Of a stretch of DNA of 61,040 nucleotides, positions 29,959 through 38,885 are shown piece by piece. Made by a program: the position numbers and the translations under genes. This DNA is from Porphyromonadaceae bacterium UBA4259 (GTDB taxonomy: Bacteria; Bacteroidota; Bacteroidia; Bacteroidales; Muribaculaceae), in the NCBI GenBank assembly GCA_002396125.1, contig DGWL01000077.1:1-61040 (forward strand). The letters are read 5' to 3'. The notes under the pieces are model-generated. The model was not told the DNA's origin and ran no database searches. It saw only the letters and a list, made by a program, of their open reading frames with translations. The first letter of the stretch is position 1. Each line of letters starts with the position of its first letter.

Positions 29959-31536
29959 TCAGTTCGCGGGAGTGAGAGTTGCGCTGTATTCTCCTGGGCA
30001 AACAAGCTTGAGGGCAACGTTATAGGTGCCGGCCTCAACATGGATGTTAACATCACTGTTAAGGACAAGCTTGTTGAGTGTGCCGCCAAAGCTGATGTCC
30101 CAATTGTTATTGCCACGGAACTTAAATTCACCGTCGGTGAAGGTGATAGTGCCTTCCCAGGTGTTGGTTTCGGCATTGTAGGTGAGAGGTGTCTCGGTTT
30201 CCCAACCGCCTTGTGTGGCGTCACCAATCACACCCATGCTGGTGATGGGGGTCACACTGTAGGTCATGTTGTTGAGGTTGGCGTTAACGTAAACGTAGCC
30301 ACTAGCTTCAATGTTGGCGCCATTGCTCACGAGGGTGCCATTGCTGCCGCCCCAGTTTATACCCCATTCTCCTTGAATCTTTTGGAATTTGAATACTGTG
30401 CCTACATTAACAAAGCCATAGTAGTCGTTTTCGCCCTTAATCGAAGCTACTTTGCCTCCATTGCCGTTCCAACCATCGGCATCGCCGGTAATGTAGAGGT
30501 ATTCATACTCGGCATCGGGGTCGTCCTCAGGCTCCTGTCCATCGGTTGTGATGGTGTAGGTTAGTTCCTCGGTATTGATAGTGATGTCGATGTAGGTAGC
30601 ATTCAAGTAGCCTGGCAGGCAAAATGCGCCCTGGTTGCCCTGCACGAGGTTTCCGCTCAGTGCCTGCACACCATCGGCAGGGAAGGCTAGCAATGAACCC
30701 TCGTTCCAGAAATCGGCAGCTGTGTAGCAGTTCTCGTTGGCAATCTTGAACCAGAAGTCACGACTGATGCCATCGATGCGGATGTTGTAAACGTTGGCAT
30801 TCTCAGCGTCTTGAGTCATCTTATATGTTTTGTCGGTGGTACTCCATTCGTTGATTGTACCAATGATGTACCAATTGGTCTCGGGCTGAGGTTGTGGAGC
30901 AAACTCGCCGGTGATGGTGAGTTCCATCTTCTCCATGTCGATGCTCAAGTTGAAATTGCCGGGAGCTACTTGCAGAGCAATAAAATTGTCATTAGTGAGA
31001 GCAATGCTGGTTCCAAGCACATCCTCAGTAACTACGAAATTATTTTCTACGCCCTCGCCAAGTGCACCAAAGCGATAAGGGGCAATTTCATCCCATGCCG
31101 ACTCATTGTTCTCTTGGGCAAGCTTTTTAGTAAAGCTGAAATAGCTGAATCCACTGGGTTTGGTGGAAACTTGTGCAGTATAGATATTACCATCCTCGGT
31201 TGTCATCTCGACACCTACTGTGGGATCCCATTGGTTGCCGTTAACCTCGCCCAGGATGTACACCTTGTCGAATTGAGCAGGGTTAAGAATTAGTTGATAA
31301 ACAGCGGTAACGTCGGCACTGTTGATTGTGCCGTCGGCATTTTGGTCACCATTAACAATTGTGCTTGCATCATTGTTAAGGATGAACTTGTAGAGTGCGG
31401 TAACGTCGGCACTGTTGCACACACCGTCGCCGTTCACATCACCTTTAACTGCCGCGTTGGCCGATTGCGAGAATGCTAAGATTCCTGCCATGGCAAGAAC
31501 CACAGCACTCAACGATTTGAGTAATTTTTTGGTCAT
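29959..31536 (-). CDS. Secreted protein: N-terminal dockerin plus SusE/SusF-type glycan-binding modules
   Basis: Signal peptide without lipobox; GDVNGDGVCNSADVTALY...GDQNADGTINSADVTAVY; repeated YI(L/I)G..N.W modules; C-terminal MGVIGDATQGGWETETPLTY..GEFKFRGNNNW. Confidence 0.82.
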   Translation of the reverse strand: MTKKLLKSLSAVVLAMAGILAFSQSANAAVKGDVNGDGVCNSADVTALYKFILNNDASTIVNGDQNADGTINSADVTAVYQLILNPAQFDKVYILGEVNGNQWDPTVGVEMTTEDGNIYTAQVSTKPSGFSYFSFTKKLAQENNESAWDEIAPYRFGALGEGVENNFVVTEDVLGTSIALTNDNFIALQVAPGNFNLSIDMEKMELTITGEFAPQPQPETNWYIIGTINEWSTTDKTYKMTQDAENANVYNIRIDGISRDFWFKIANENCYTAADFWNEGSLLAFPADGVQALSGNLVQGNQGAFCLPGYLNATYIDITINTEELTYTITTDGQEPEDDPDAEYEYLYITGDADGWNGNGGKVASIKGENDYYGFVNVGTVFKFQKIQGEWGINWGGSNGTLVSNGANIEASGYVYVNANLNNMTYSVTPITSMGVIGDATQGGWETETPLTYNAETNTWEGTITFTDGEFKFRGNNNWDISFGGTLNKLVLNSDVNIHVEAGTYNVALKLVCPGEYSATLTPAN

Positions 31537-31711
31537 AAAAAATAATAATTTTAAGAAGATTAAAAAACTGGTAAATGGTATCTTTCATCCTGCCAGGAAA
31601 CAAGGTGACCTTGAGGATGTTATTTCTTGTGGCAAAATTATTATTTTTTTTTTGACGGGAACAAGCACCTAAATCATATTTTCATAACTCTAGCCTGCAA
31701 ACCATTGCGTT

Positions 31712-32773
31712 TCACTGGGTCACAGCGCGCGGCAAGGTGATGAGCGAGGGAGCGAGCGCAATGCGATAGGCACCACCGCGCTCTCCTGTGATATAGTATT
31801 TAGCGGCAATGTCGTTGCTGATGATGCAGCTGGCGATGCAACGCTTAATCTTCGAGATTGTTTCGTTGAGTGTGTTGCCTAGAGGGTCCATGATCATGTC
31901 GATTGACTTGCGCGCCAGGTCCTCATTGCGCCCTGGCTTCACCATTGAGTAGATGTTCCTTATTTCTTGGCGGTAATTGGAGATGTTGCGCAGTTCAATT
32001 CCCTCGGGATGGTTTAGGAAAAGGATGTAGACAGTGCGGCACATTGCAGGCATTTTCACCTCCACCTCATTGTAGCCTGGCAGCACAATTTTGAGGTCGT
32101 TGTTTACCACGATTGGACTCAGACGATTGTTGCCAATCACAAATTTTCCTTCGAGCAGCGTCACCATGAGTTGCGATGGGTCGGCATGATATTTTGTTAC
32201 ATAGTCAAGAATTTGAGCCTGAATAGCTTTAAGGTCATTTTGTCGCTGGCACTCGATGTCTTCAACCTCATTTTCCTCATCTTCGTCTTCATCTTCATCA
32301 CCACAGGCGTAGGCCGCATCCGATTCCTCACAAAAGTCGAGCAAAATAGATTTCTTGCAATAATTAAAATGGCTGTGACTGCTCGGCATTGCTTGTGGCA
32401 TTGATTCGACGTCTTGGTGTGCCCATTGTGTTTCGAGCGTGATGTCGCCACTGCTTGTGCTGGTGATGTCGGTCAAGATGTCGATAAATGACTTTATATC
32501 GTCGAGATAATTATTACTGAAGTCGCTCGAGAACGAAGTTTTGACAATTGCATCTCGCCCCATGTTTCCTAAGTTGAAACGGCGTGCCAGGATTGTGACC
32601 TCTTGAGCCTGATCATCGTGAATGAACTCTACGTGGAAGTTGGTGTGCCTGCGCAATAATAACAGAATGTCGCTGGATTTGTTGCTCATGGCATAGAGGT
32701 GCGTGGGAAGAATGACGTAGATTACGCCATATTTTAATTGGTGGAATTTGGGGTCGAAGTTGTAGAGAATCAT
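31712..32773 (-). CDS. Unknown protein with acidic linker and C-terminal winged-helix-like domain
   Basis: DEDEDEDEENEVED tract; VYILFLNHPEG...TISKIKR...YYITGERGGAYRI resembles an OmpR-type wHTH. Confidence 0.6.
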   Translation of the reverse strand: MILYNFDPKFHQLKYGVIYVILPTHLYAMSNKSSDILLLLRRHTNFHVEFIHDDQAQEVTILARRFNLGNMGRDAIVKTSFSSDFSNNYLDDIKSFIDILTDITSTSSGDITLETQWAHQDVESMPQAMPSSHSHFNYCKKSILLDFCEESDAAYACGDEDEDEDEENEVEDIECQRQNDLKAIQAQILDYVTKYHADPSQLMVTLLEGKFVIGNNRLSPIVVNNDLKIVLPGYNEVEVKMPAMCRTVYILFLNHPEGIELRNISNYRQEIRNIYSMVKPGRNEDLARKSIDMIMDPLGNTLNETISKIKRCIASCIISNDIAAKYYITGERGGAYRIALAPSLITLPRAVTQ

Positions 32774-32811
32774 AATGTCATTAGAATAAATTAATTAACA
32801 ACTGAAATCGT

Positions 32812-32827
32812 TGCAAAAAGCGTGCCA
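32812..32827 (-). promoter_or_regulatory. Sigma-54 (-24/-12) promoter
   Basis: Minus strand TGGCACG-CTTT-TTGCA, an exact match to TGGCACG-N4-TTGCW, about 40 nt upstream of the ATG at 32773. Confidence 0.8.
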
Positions 32828-32879
32828 AGCTCGCTTTCTTTTTATTAAGCCGCTTGGCACGTTGACTGATGCGTCATGA

Positions 32880-33551
32880 CTAGTCTTTGAACAGACTCTT
32901 GGCGCGCTTGATGATAAATTCCTTTTTGTAGTCTGCGCTCATTTCGCTTGCCATTATCGGGGCCATGTCGTCAAGAAAATCGGCTTGGCATCGTTGTGCT
33001 TGAGCAAACATTCGCGAGGTGCCCATCGCTGTCTTCTCAAAGGTGAGATGATTGTCGATGGCGAGTGAGAACGCTACTGCTTCCACGTCGTGGTCGGCAC
33101 CAATGTAGGCAAAGAGCCAGCCTTCGTTTTTGTAAGCATTGATGAGACTCTTGATAGCCTTTTTAGAGAACTCGCGGCTGGCGTTCTCGTAGCCGTCGGT
33201 AATGATTGTCACGCTGGCGATGTCGTTGTCGCCCTTAATGCGATGCACTTGAGTGATGGTGTTACCAATGGCATCATAGAGCGGCGTCATGCAGCATGGA
33301 CGATAATGGCTGCTTGTAATGGGCGCAACCTCACCAATGGGACACTCGTTGTAGATTTTCTTGATTTCGCAGCCGCAGAAGGCGACTAGCGTAAGCACAT
33401 GTTCCTGCTCGGGATACTTTTCCTGGTTGCGCTTGATTGACTGGATTGTTTCGTTCACGCCATCTATTGCCTGGCGCGCGATGCTGCTCATCGAGCCGCT
33501 CTTGTCGAGAATGATAACGTTGTAAACACGGGTCTTGGCTGTAGTTTGCAT
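32880..33551 (-). CDS. Stand-alone von Willebrand factor A domain protein
   Basis: MIDAS DKSGSM, TPLYDA, ITDG. Start taken at MQTT. Confidence 0.88.
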   Translation of the reverse strand: MQTTAKTRVYNVIILDKSGSMSSIARQAIDGVNETIQSIKRNQEKYPEQEHVLTLVAFCGCEIKKIYNECPIGEVAPITSSHYRPCCMTPLYDAIGNTITQVHRIKGDNDIASVTIITDGYENASREFSKKAIKSLINAYKNEGWLFAYIGADHDVEAVAFSLAIDNHLTFEKTAMGTSRMFAQAQRCQADFLDDMAPIMASEMSADYKKEFIIKRAKSLFKD

Positions 33552-33688
33552 AATTCTAATAATTAATAAGGTTAATAAATTGATTTGTTTTGATATTGCA
33601 AATTTACAGCACAAAGCGGCACGCCTTCCAAAACGGCAACCTTGCAGTTTTGGTTTATAGTTATGTGATAAGATTTTCTTGGCAGCTG

Positions 33689-34738
33689 TTAATCCACGAG
33701 GTCGCGGTAGATGTCGAGAGCAGCGGTGATGTCGTCGTTGCTGATTGTGTTGTTGATACTATAGTCGCCACACGAGTGCAACAGGGTGCAGTTTATTTCA
33801 CCGGCCAGGCTCTTCTTGTCGTGTCGCATGATGTCGAGAAGGTGTGGATAGTCGTCGCAGGTGATGTGGAAGGCTCCATAGTTGCTTTTTACAAAGCTTG
33901 CCAGGGCATAGAGTTGATGGCTTGGGAAATTAAGGATTAGGTGTGACAGCACGGCCTCGGTCACGAGTCCCCACGCCACGGCGTAGCCATGAGGGATGGG
34001 GTGGCCGTCGGCAAGAGCTTTTGCCTCAAACGCATGCCCCACGGTATGGCCCAGATTGAGTGCCTTGCGTGGCCCTTGCTCATGTGGATCTTGTCGCACG
34101 ATGTCTTCTTTTATCTTGATGGAGTCGCGCAATTGGTCGAGTAGTGTGTCGTAATTTATACAAGAGAAGTCGGTGTCAAGCAAATGGAAAAAACTTTCGC
34201 TCGACGAGAGCATGGCGTGCTTGAGCATCTCGGCAAAGCCCGCCTTCAATTCCTGCTCGGGGAGGGTGGGGAAAAAGGTAGTGCTCACAATCACGTGGCA
34301 GGCGGGGGCAAAGGCTCCAATCTCATTCTTGAACCCCATGAAGTTGATGCCCGTCTTGCCGCCCACTGCGGCATCGACGGCGCCCAGCAATGTGGTGGGC
34401 ACATTGATGAATGGGATGCCGCGCTTGAAGGTTGCGGCGGCAAGACCACCCAGGTCGGTCACTACACCTCCGCCCAGGTTCACCAGCAGTGAATGCCGGG
34501 TAGCGCCGCATTGCTGCATTGCTCGCCACACACCGGTTAAGGTGTCAAGAGTCTTGCTTGCCTCGCCACTCGGCATCTCGATGACAGTAGCGTTCTCCAG
34601 GCAAGGCAGTTGTGGCAGCGCAAGGTGGCGTGTGTTGGAATCGGCAAGCACCATCACAGCATTGTAATTGCCACCCTCAATAATCGTGCTGAGGGTGGCA
34701 TTCACGTTGCTTGTGTATAGCACTTGCTGCTGCATCAC
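33689..34738 (-). CDS. aroB: 3-dehydroquinate synthase
   Basis: GGGVVTDLGG, PTTLL..DAAVGGKTG, KNEIG, LNLGHTVGHA, HGYAVA. Confidence 0.95.
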   Translation of the reverse strand: MMQQQVLYTSNVNATLSTIIEGGNYNAVMVLADSNTRHLALPQLPCLENATVIEMPSGEASKTLDTLTGVWRAMQQCGATRHSLLVNLGGGVVTDLGGLAAATFKRGIPFINVPTTLLGAVDAAVGGKTGINFMGFKNEIGAFAPACHVIVSTTFFPTLPEQELKAGFAEMLKHAMLSSSESFFHLLDTDFSCINYDTLLDQLRDSIKIKEDIVRQDPHEQGPRKALNLGHTVGHAFEAKALADGHPIPHGYAVAWGLVTEAVLSHLILNFPSHQLYALASFVKSNYGAFHITCDDYPHLLDIMRHDKKSLAGEINCTLLHSCGDYSINNTISNDDITAALDIYRDLVD

Positions 34739-35472
34739 AGTGTGGTCTTTAGAGCCTCGATGAGTTGGGGCAGTGCCGCCTGGAACGAGGCCATGTCTTT
34801 ATACACCATGTCGGCCCCGGCCTTATACATGTCTTTCTCGGCTATGGGTCCGGTGGTAACACCCACGGTGAAGCAGCCGGCGGTGTGACCGGCTTGCACG
34901 CCCAGTGGAGCGTTTTCGATGACGATGCACTCATTGGGTTGCGCGTTCATCTTTGCCATAGCCTTGAGGTAGGGCTCGGGATTTGGCTTGCCGCGCTTGA
35001 CATCGGTGGCGGTGATGCGCTGTTTATCGAAGATGCCTTCATAGTCGGTGTCGACTCGCTCAAGCATGGTGTGTGTGCCCGAACCGGTAACCAGCACGCA
35101 CTTGATGCCTGCGGCCTTGAGAGCCTTTAGCAACTCAAGCGTGCCGTCGATCATCTCCACGTCGCCCAGCTCGGTAAAATAGCGAGTTTTAACCTTGTAG
35201 AGAGCTTGTGCCTCGTCGTCGGTAATGTTCTTTCCGGCTCCGTCCTTGAACTTCATCTTGATGATGTCGCGTCCGGTCATTCCCTCATACATGTAGAACT
35301 CGTCGCGTGTGCACTTTATTCCGTTTTTTTTCATCAGTTTCACCCATGCGCGTGTGTGATTTTTCATTGAGTCGAAAAGCACGCCGTCCATGTCGACAAG
35401 CGCTGTGGTGAAGTTGAATGATTTTTTGCCAGTGTATTTGTAGTAGTTGGCAATAGCGTTTTGTTCGGTCAT
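34735..35472 (-). CDS. HAD-family phosphatase (beta-phosphoglucomutase-like)
   Basis: DMDGVLFDS, VTGS, GKPNPEPY, IENAPLG. Confidence 0.9.
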   Translation of the reverse strand: MTEQNAIANYYKYTGKKSFNFTTALVDMDGVLFDSMKNHTRAWVKLMKKNGIKCTRDEFYMYEGMTGRDIIKMKFKDGAGKNITDDEAQALYKVKTRYFTELGDVEMIDGTLELLKALKAAGIKCVLVTGSGTHTMLERVDTDYEGIFDKQRITATDVKRGKPNPEPYLKAMAKMNAQPNECIVIENAPLGVQAGHTAGCFTVGVTTGPIAEKDMYKAGADMVYKDMASFQAALPQLIEALKTTL

Positions 35473-35532
35473 TTTGTTAATGAATGATTTATGTTTTAGT
35501 TGTTTGTTTCTCTGTTTTTTGTGATGTGATGC

Positions 35533-36300
35533 TTAAATCACGGTGATGTGGAAGCAGCACTGGCCGCGCTCATGGAGCACGGTGCACCGGTTCTTGCTCT
35601 GGAAGTCAAGCAACACGTGGCCCAGAATGTTCTTCAGGTCTTCGTTGTTGATGAGGTAGTCGTTGTTGTAGGGCTCAAAGTGTGTCCAGCTGAGGTCGAA
35701 TGTGGTGCCAAACATGTGACACGAGCGAGCCGATGCGTTGCGGTTCACCTTGAGCAGTTTCTGTACCGTGTGGTTGGAACGGGTGCAGCTTGTCACAACT
35801 ATGCGATAGGCGCTGCCACCGAGTGCCTTCACCGAGTCGGCAAAAGCGCACCCTATCTCCTCGAGCACCAGTGCCGCCTTGGGCACCAGGAAAGGCATGG
35901 AGTGAGATAGTGAGTCGAGATAATAGGCCTCGCAGGTGGCAATCTTAACGATGGGTTGCCGCAGGTGATAGGCATCGTGAAAGTTTTGAATAGGCTCGAT
36001 GCCGTTGCGTGTGGCATGTGGAATCTGCACATCATTATAGTCTTGAAACAGCTCCTTGTAAGTGCCCGGCAGAGGATACACCGGCAGGCGGTGCATTCCA
36101 TTGTCGTCTATCCATGATGTGTCGGCCATCTCCAGGTGCCTGTCGGGCAACTTGGGGCGGTTGCCCAGCTTGGCTATCACCTCGAGCTGGCTCTTGTCGA
36201 AGTAGTCGCGATATTGCTTTTCTTTCTTGCACGATTGCAGGCACAATGCCATGAACCCTGCCACCATCGTTACAAGAAGAACTCGTTTGCTTGAAAACAT
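35533..36300 (-). CDS. DUF5715-like lipoprotein (possible LAS/M15-type metallopeptidase fold)
   Basis: Lipobox LQSC; VTSCTR, NASARSCHMFGTTFD, CFHITV. Confidence 0.7.
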   Translation of the reverse strand: MFSSKRVLLVTMVAGFMALCLQSCKKEKQYRDYFDKSQLEVIAKLGNRPKLPDRHLEMADTSWIDDNGMHRLPVYPLPGTYKELFQDYNDVQIPHATRNGIEPIQNFHDAYHLRQPIVKIATCEAYYLDSLSHSMPFLVPKAALVLEEIGCAFADSVKALGGSAYRIVVTSCTRSNHTVQKLLKVNRNASARSCHMFGTTFDLSWTHFEPYNNDYLINNEDLKNILGHVLLDFQSKNRCTVLHERGQCCFHITVI

Positions 36301-36338
36301 TGTGATGTGCTAATGTGAGTGATTGGCTCGACGTGTGG

Positions 36339-36935
36339 TTATTTGCCCACGGTCTGAACAAAGAGGATGCGCTCGTTGGCGCTAAGTTTGAGAGCCTTGG
36401 GCAGATTTTCACGGTCGAAGCCTGCGCGCACCACGCTCTTAAGGCCGGCTTGTGCGCAGTAGAGATAAATGTTTTGTGAAGCTGCGCCGGCGGTATAACC
36501 CTGGAATTCGGGGCGTTCTTGCTTGCTGGTGTCAACCACGAGCACGATGTTGATGGGTGCGATGGCAGCAAAGTCCTGCATGGTGCTGAACTTGCGATAG
36601 TCGCCAGTGTTGACGGTTGTCAGCGTGTTGGCCTCGGGGTTGTAGCGGCTCACCTCGGTGGGTGTCACCACATAGAGGATTAGCTCCTGTCGGTTCATGG
36701 CGGTGGCCACGGTGTGCTTTCCGTCGTGGGTTATGCCCCATGCCGCCCACAGCATGTTGCTCAAGTCTTGCTTAGAAACAGTCATTCCCTGCTTGTAGTC
36801 ACGGCTCGATGCGCGCTGGTTCATTACTTGCATCAATGGCTTGCCACCGGTGGTGTTGGGCTGTGGTAGCACTTCAGCGTTAATAGTCACACTTGCCATA
36901 AGCGAAATTATTGCTAAGATGAATAATTTTTTCAT
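36339..36935 (-). CDS. Exported nitroreductase-family (SagB-like) protein
   Basis: Signal peptide MKKLF; QRASSRDY, LWAAWG, SQNIYLYC. Confidence 0.85.
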   Translation of the reverse strand: MKKLFILAIISLMASVTINAEVLPQPNTTGGKPLMQVMNQRASSRDYKQGMTVSKQDLSNMLWAAWGITHDGKHTVATAMNRQELILYVVTPTEVSRYNPEANTLTTVNTGDYRKFSTMQDFAAIAPINIVLVVDTSKQERPEFQGYTAGAASQNIYLYCAQAGLKSVVRAGFDRENLPKALKLSANERILFVQTVGK

Positions 36936-37057
36936 TATATCTGTAGTTTGGAAAATTTTTGACAAAAATAATACTTTCTATTGAAAAAAATACTTCTATG
37001 ACGTGAATAAAAATTAAAATGACTAATTTTGTCCAACTTTTAATACACTGCTATAAG

Positions 37058-38149
37058 ATGAAACTTGGCTTTTTGTTTTTCATGCTCTTGCCTGTTGCCG
37101 CCCATGTGTATGTGCTGTGGCATGTTTATCAGGTGTTGCCTTTGCCGGTGTGGGCAAAGTGGTTGGTGATAATTCTCATGGCGGCTGCGTTGGTGATGAT
37201 GCTGGTGGGAATTTTTGGCGCCTTCGACCGCATGCCACTCTCGTTGGCCTCGGCGGCCTACGACGTTAGCACCTTATGGCTCATCGTGTTTCTTTATCTG
37301 TTGCTGGTTTTTGTTGTCCTCGACTTGGGGCGATTGGTGCACTTGGTGCCACGCGACTGGTTGCATGGCAACGCATTCACAGCCGGCGCAATCACCGCAC
37401 TGGTGACAGGCTTGCTCATCTATGGCAACATCCATTATCACAACAAGGTGAGGCAGCCCTTGCAACTCACAACTTCGAAGCACATTTCCAAGCCTGTGAA
37501 GGTGGTGATGCTCAGTGACTTGCACCTGGGCTACCACAATCGCAAAGCCGAGTGGCAGCGATGGGTGAAGATGATTAACGCCGAGAATCCCGACCTCATT
37601 CTTGTGGCAGGCGACATCATCGACGGCTATGTGCGCCCACTCAATGAGGAGGACATGGCAGCCGACTTTCGCAGCCTCAAGGCTCCTGTTGTGGCATGCG
37701 TGGGCAACCATGAGTACATCACAGGCATCGACAAGTCGCTCGATTTCTATAATCGCGCCGGCATCAAGCTGTTGCGTGACACCACTCTCACCATTGGCGA
37801 CCTTGTTGTTGCGGGCCGTGACGACCGCTCCCGGCGTAATCGCAAAACTGTGGAGCAGCTACTGGCCGGTGTCGACCGCGGCAAGTTCATCATCTTGCTC
37901 GACCATCAGCCCTACGAGCTTGAACAGTCGCAGCAAGTTGGTGTTGACTTCCAGTTGAGCGGTCACACTCATGAGGGGCAAGTGTGGCCCATCAGCCTGA
38001 TTGTCCACTCAATGTATGAGAATGCGTGGGGTTTTTATCACAAGGGCGACACTCGCTACTATGTTAGCTCAGGCTTGGGCATCTGGGGTGGCAAGTATCG
38101 CATAGGCACTCGCTCCGAATATATTGTTGCCACAATCACAGGGCAATGA
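37058..38149 (+). CDS. Membrane-bound metallophosphoesterase (YkuE-like)
   Basis: Four N-terminal TM helices; SDLH, GDIID, GNHE, DHQP, SGHTH. Confidence 0.9.
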   Translation: MKLGFLFFMLLPVAAHVYVLWHVYQVLPLPVWAKWLVIILMAAALVMMLVGIFGAFDRMPLSLASAAYDVSTLWLIVFLYLLLVFVVLDLGRLVHLVPRDWLHGNAFTAGAITALVTGLLIYGNIHYHNKVRQPLQLTTSKHISKPVKVVMLSDLHLGYHNRKAEWQRWVKMINAENPDLILVAGDIIDGYVRPLNEEDMAADFRSLKAPVVACVGNHEYITGIDKSLDFYNRAGIKLLRDTTLTIGDLVVAGRDDRSRRNRKTVEQLLAGVDRGKFIILLDHQPYELEQSQQVGVDFQLSGHTHEGQVWPISLIVHSMYENAWGFYHKGDTRYYVSSGLGIWGGKYRIGTRSEYIVATITGQ

Positions 38150-38339
38150 TGATGTCGAGAAAAAAGAAACTTCACGGTGAAAAAAAGGAAATCCGCCATC
38201 TCGCATGGGGGATTTCCTGCAAACTGAAGTCAAACAAATAAAAAACGAGATTAATAGATAAACAAGAATTGTGATAAATAGTTTTTCAGGTAATAGAGTT
38301 TAAGGAATGTTGAGTGAGTTTATGCTTGTTTTTTTTGGT

Positions 38340-38633
38340 TTAGGCAAAGAGTGAAGCCTGGCGGTAGGTGCCTTGTCGCTGTGGCAAGCGGTGCGCGGGT
38401 TGCTGCGCTTGGCGTGTTGCAAGCGACATGCTGGTTGACCAGCCTTGAGTCTTGTTGCGAATGCTCAGTTGTGCGAGTCCCATGAATCTTCCTGCAGTGC
38501 CCGTAATGAAGCGCACCACTTCATCGATGCTGGCAAAATTGCTTTTGCACACGCTGGCAATTATCTTCCCTCCAAGGATGAGTGTTGCGAATATTTGGTC
38601 ACCGGTCTTGATGGTTGATGCAGTGTTGTTCAT
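38340..38633 (-). CDS. 97-aa hypothetical protein with C-terminal QASLF motif
   Basis: Has its own promoter element (TAATTTTG, 38686-38694), an AGGAGG upstream, and a downstream terminator-like hairpin near 38186-38218. Confidence 0.7.
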   Translation of the reverse strand: MNNTASTIKTGDQIFATLILGGKIIASVCKSNFASIDEVVRFITGTAGRFMGLAQLSIRNKTQGWSTSMSLATRQAQQPAHRLPQRQGTYRQASLFA

Positions 38634-38885
38634 AATTTTGTCCTCCTAAAGTTGATTTTGAGTTATGTTGTTTTGTTTTTACACTGCAAAATTAGTGGCC
38701 ATGAGTGCTAAAATGCTGCCCACTAATTTAAAAATAAACTAAATCGGCCTTAAATTTATGCGTTTGTTATGATTTACTGCTCCAAATAGGGGTGAAACGG
38801 TGGTTGTGCGGTTGTGATAATAAGAAAAAAGTGCGTAACTTTGAGGCGTAAAAAATCCACAATATAACTATTAATAAAGCAATCA

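Noticed and set aside
26800-31700. Intact prophage or integrative element at tRNA-Ser
   Set aside because: No integrase or structural genes. The tRNA-end repeats lie on the side opposite the terminase and enclose under 250 bp.
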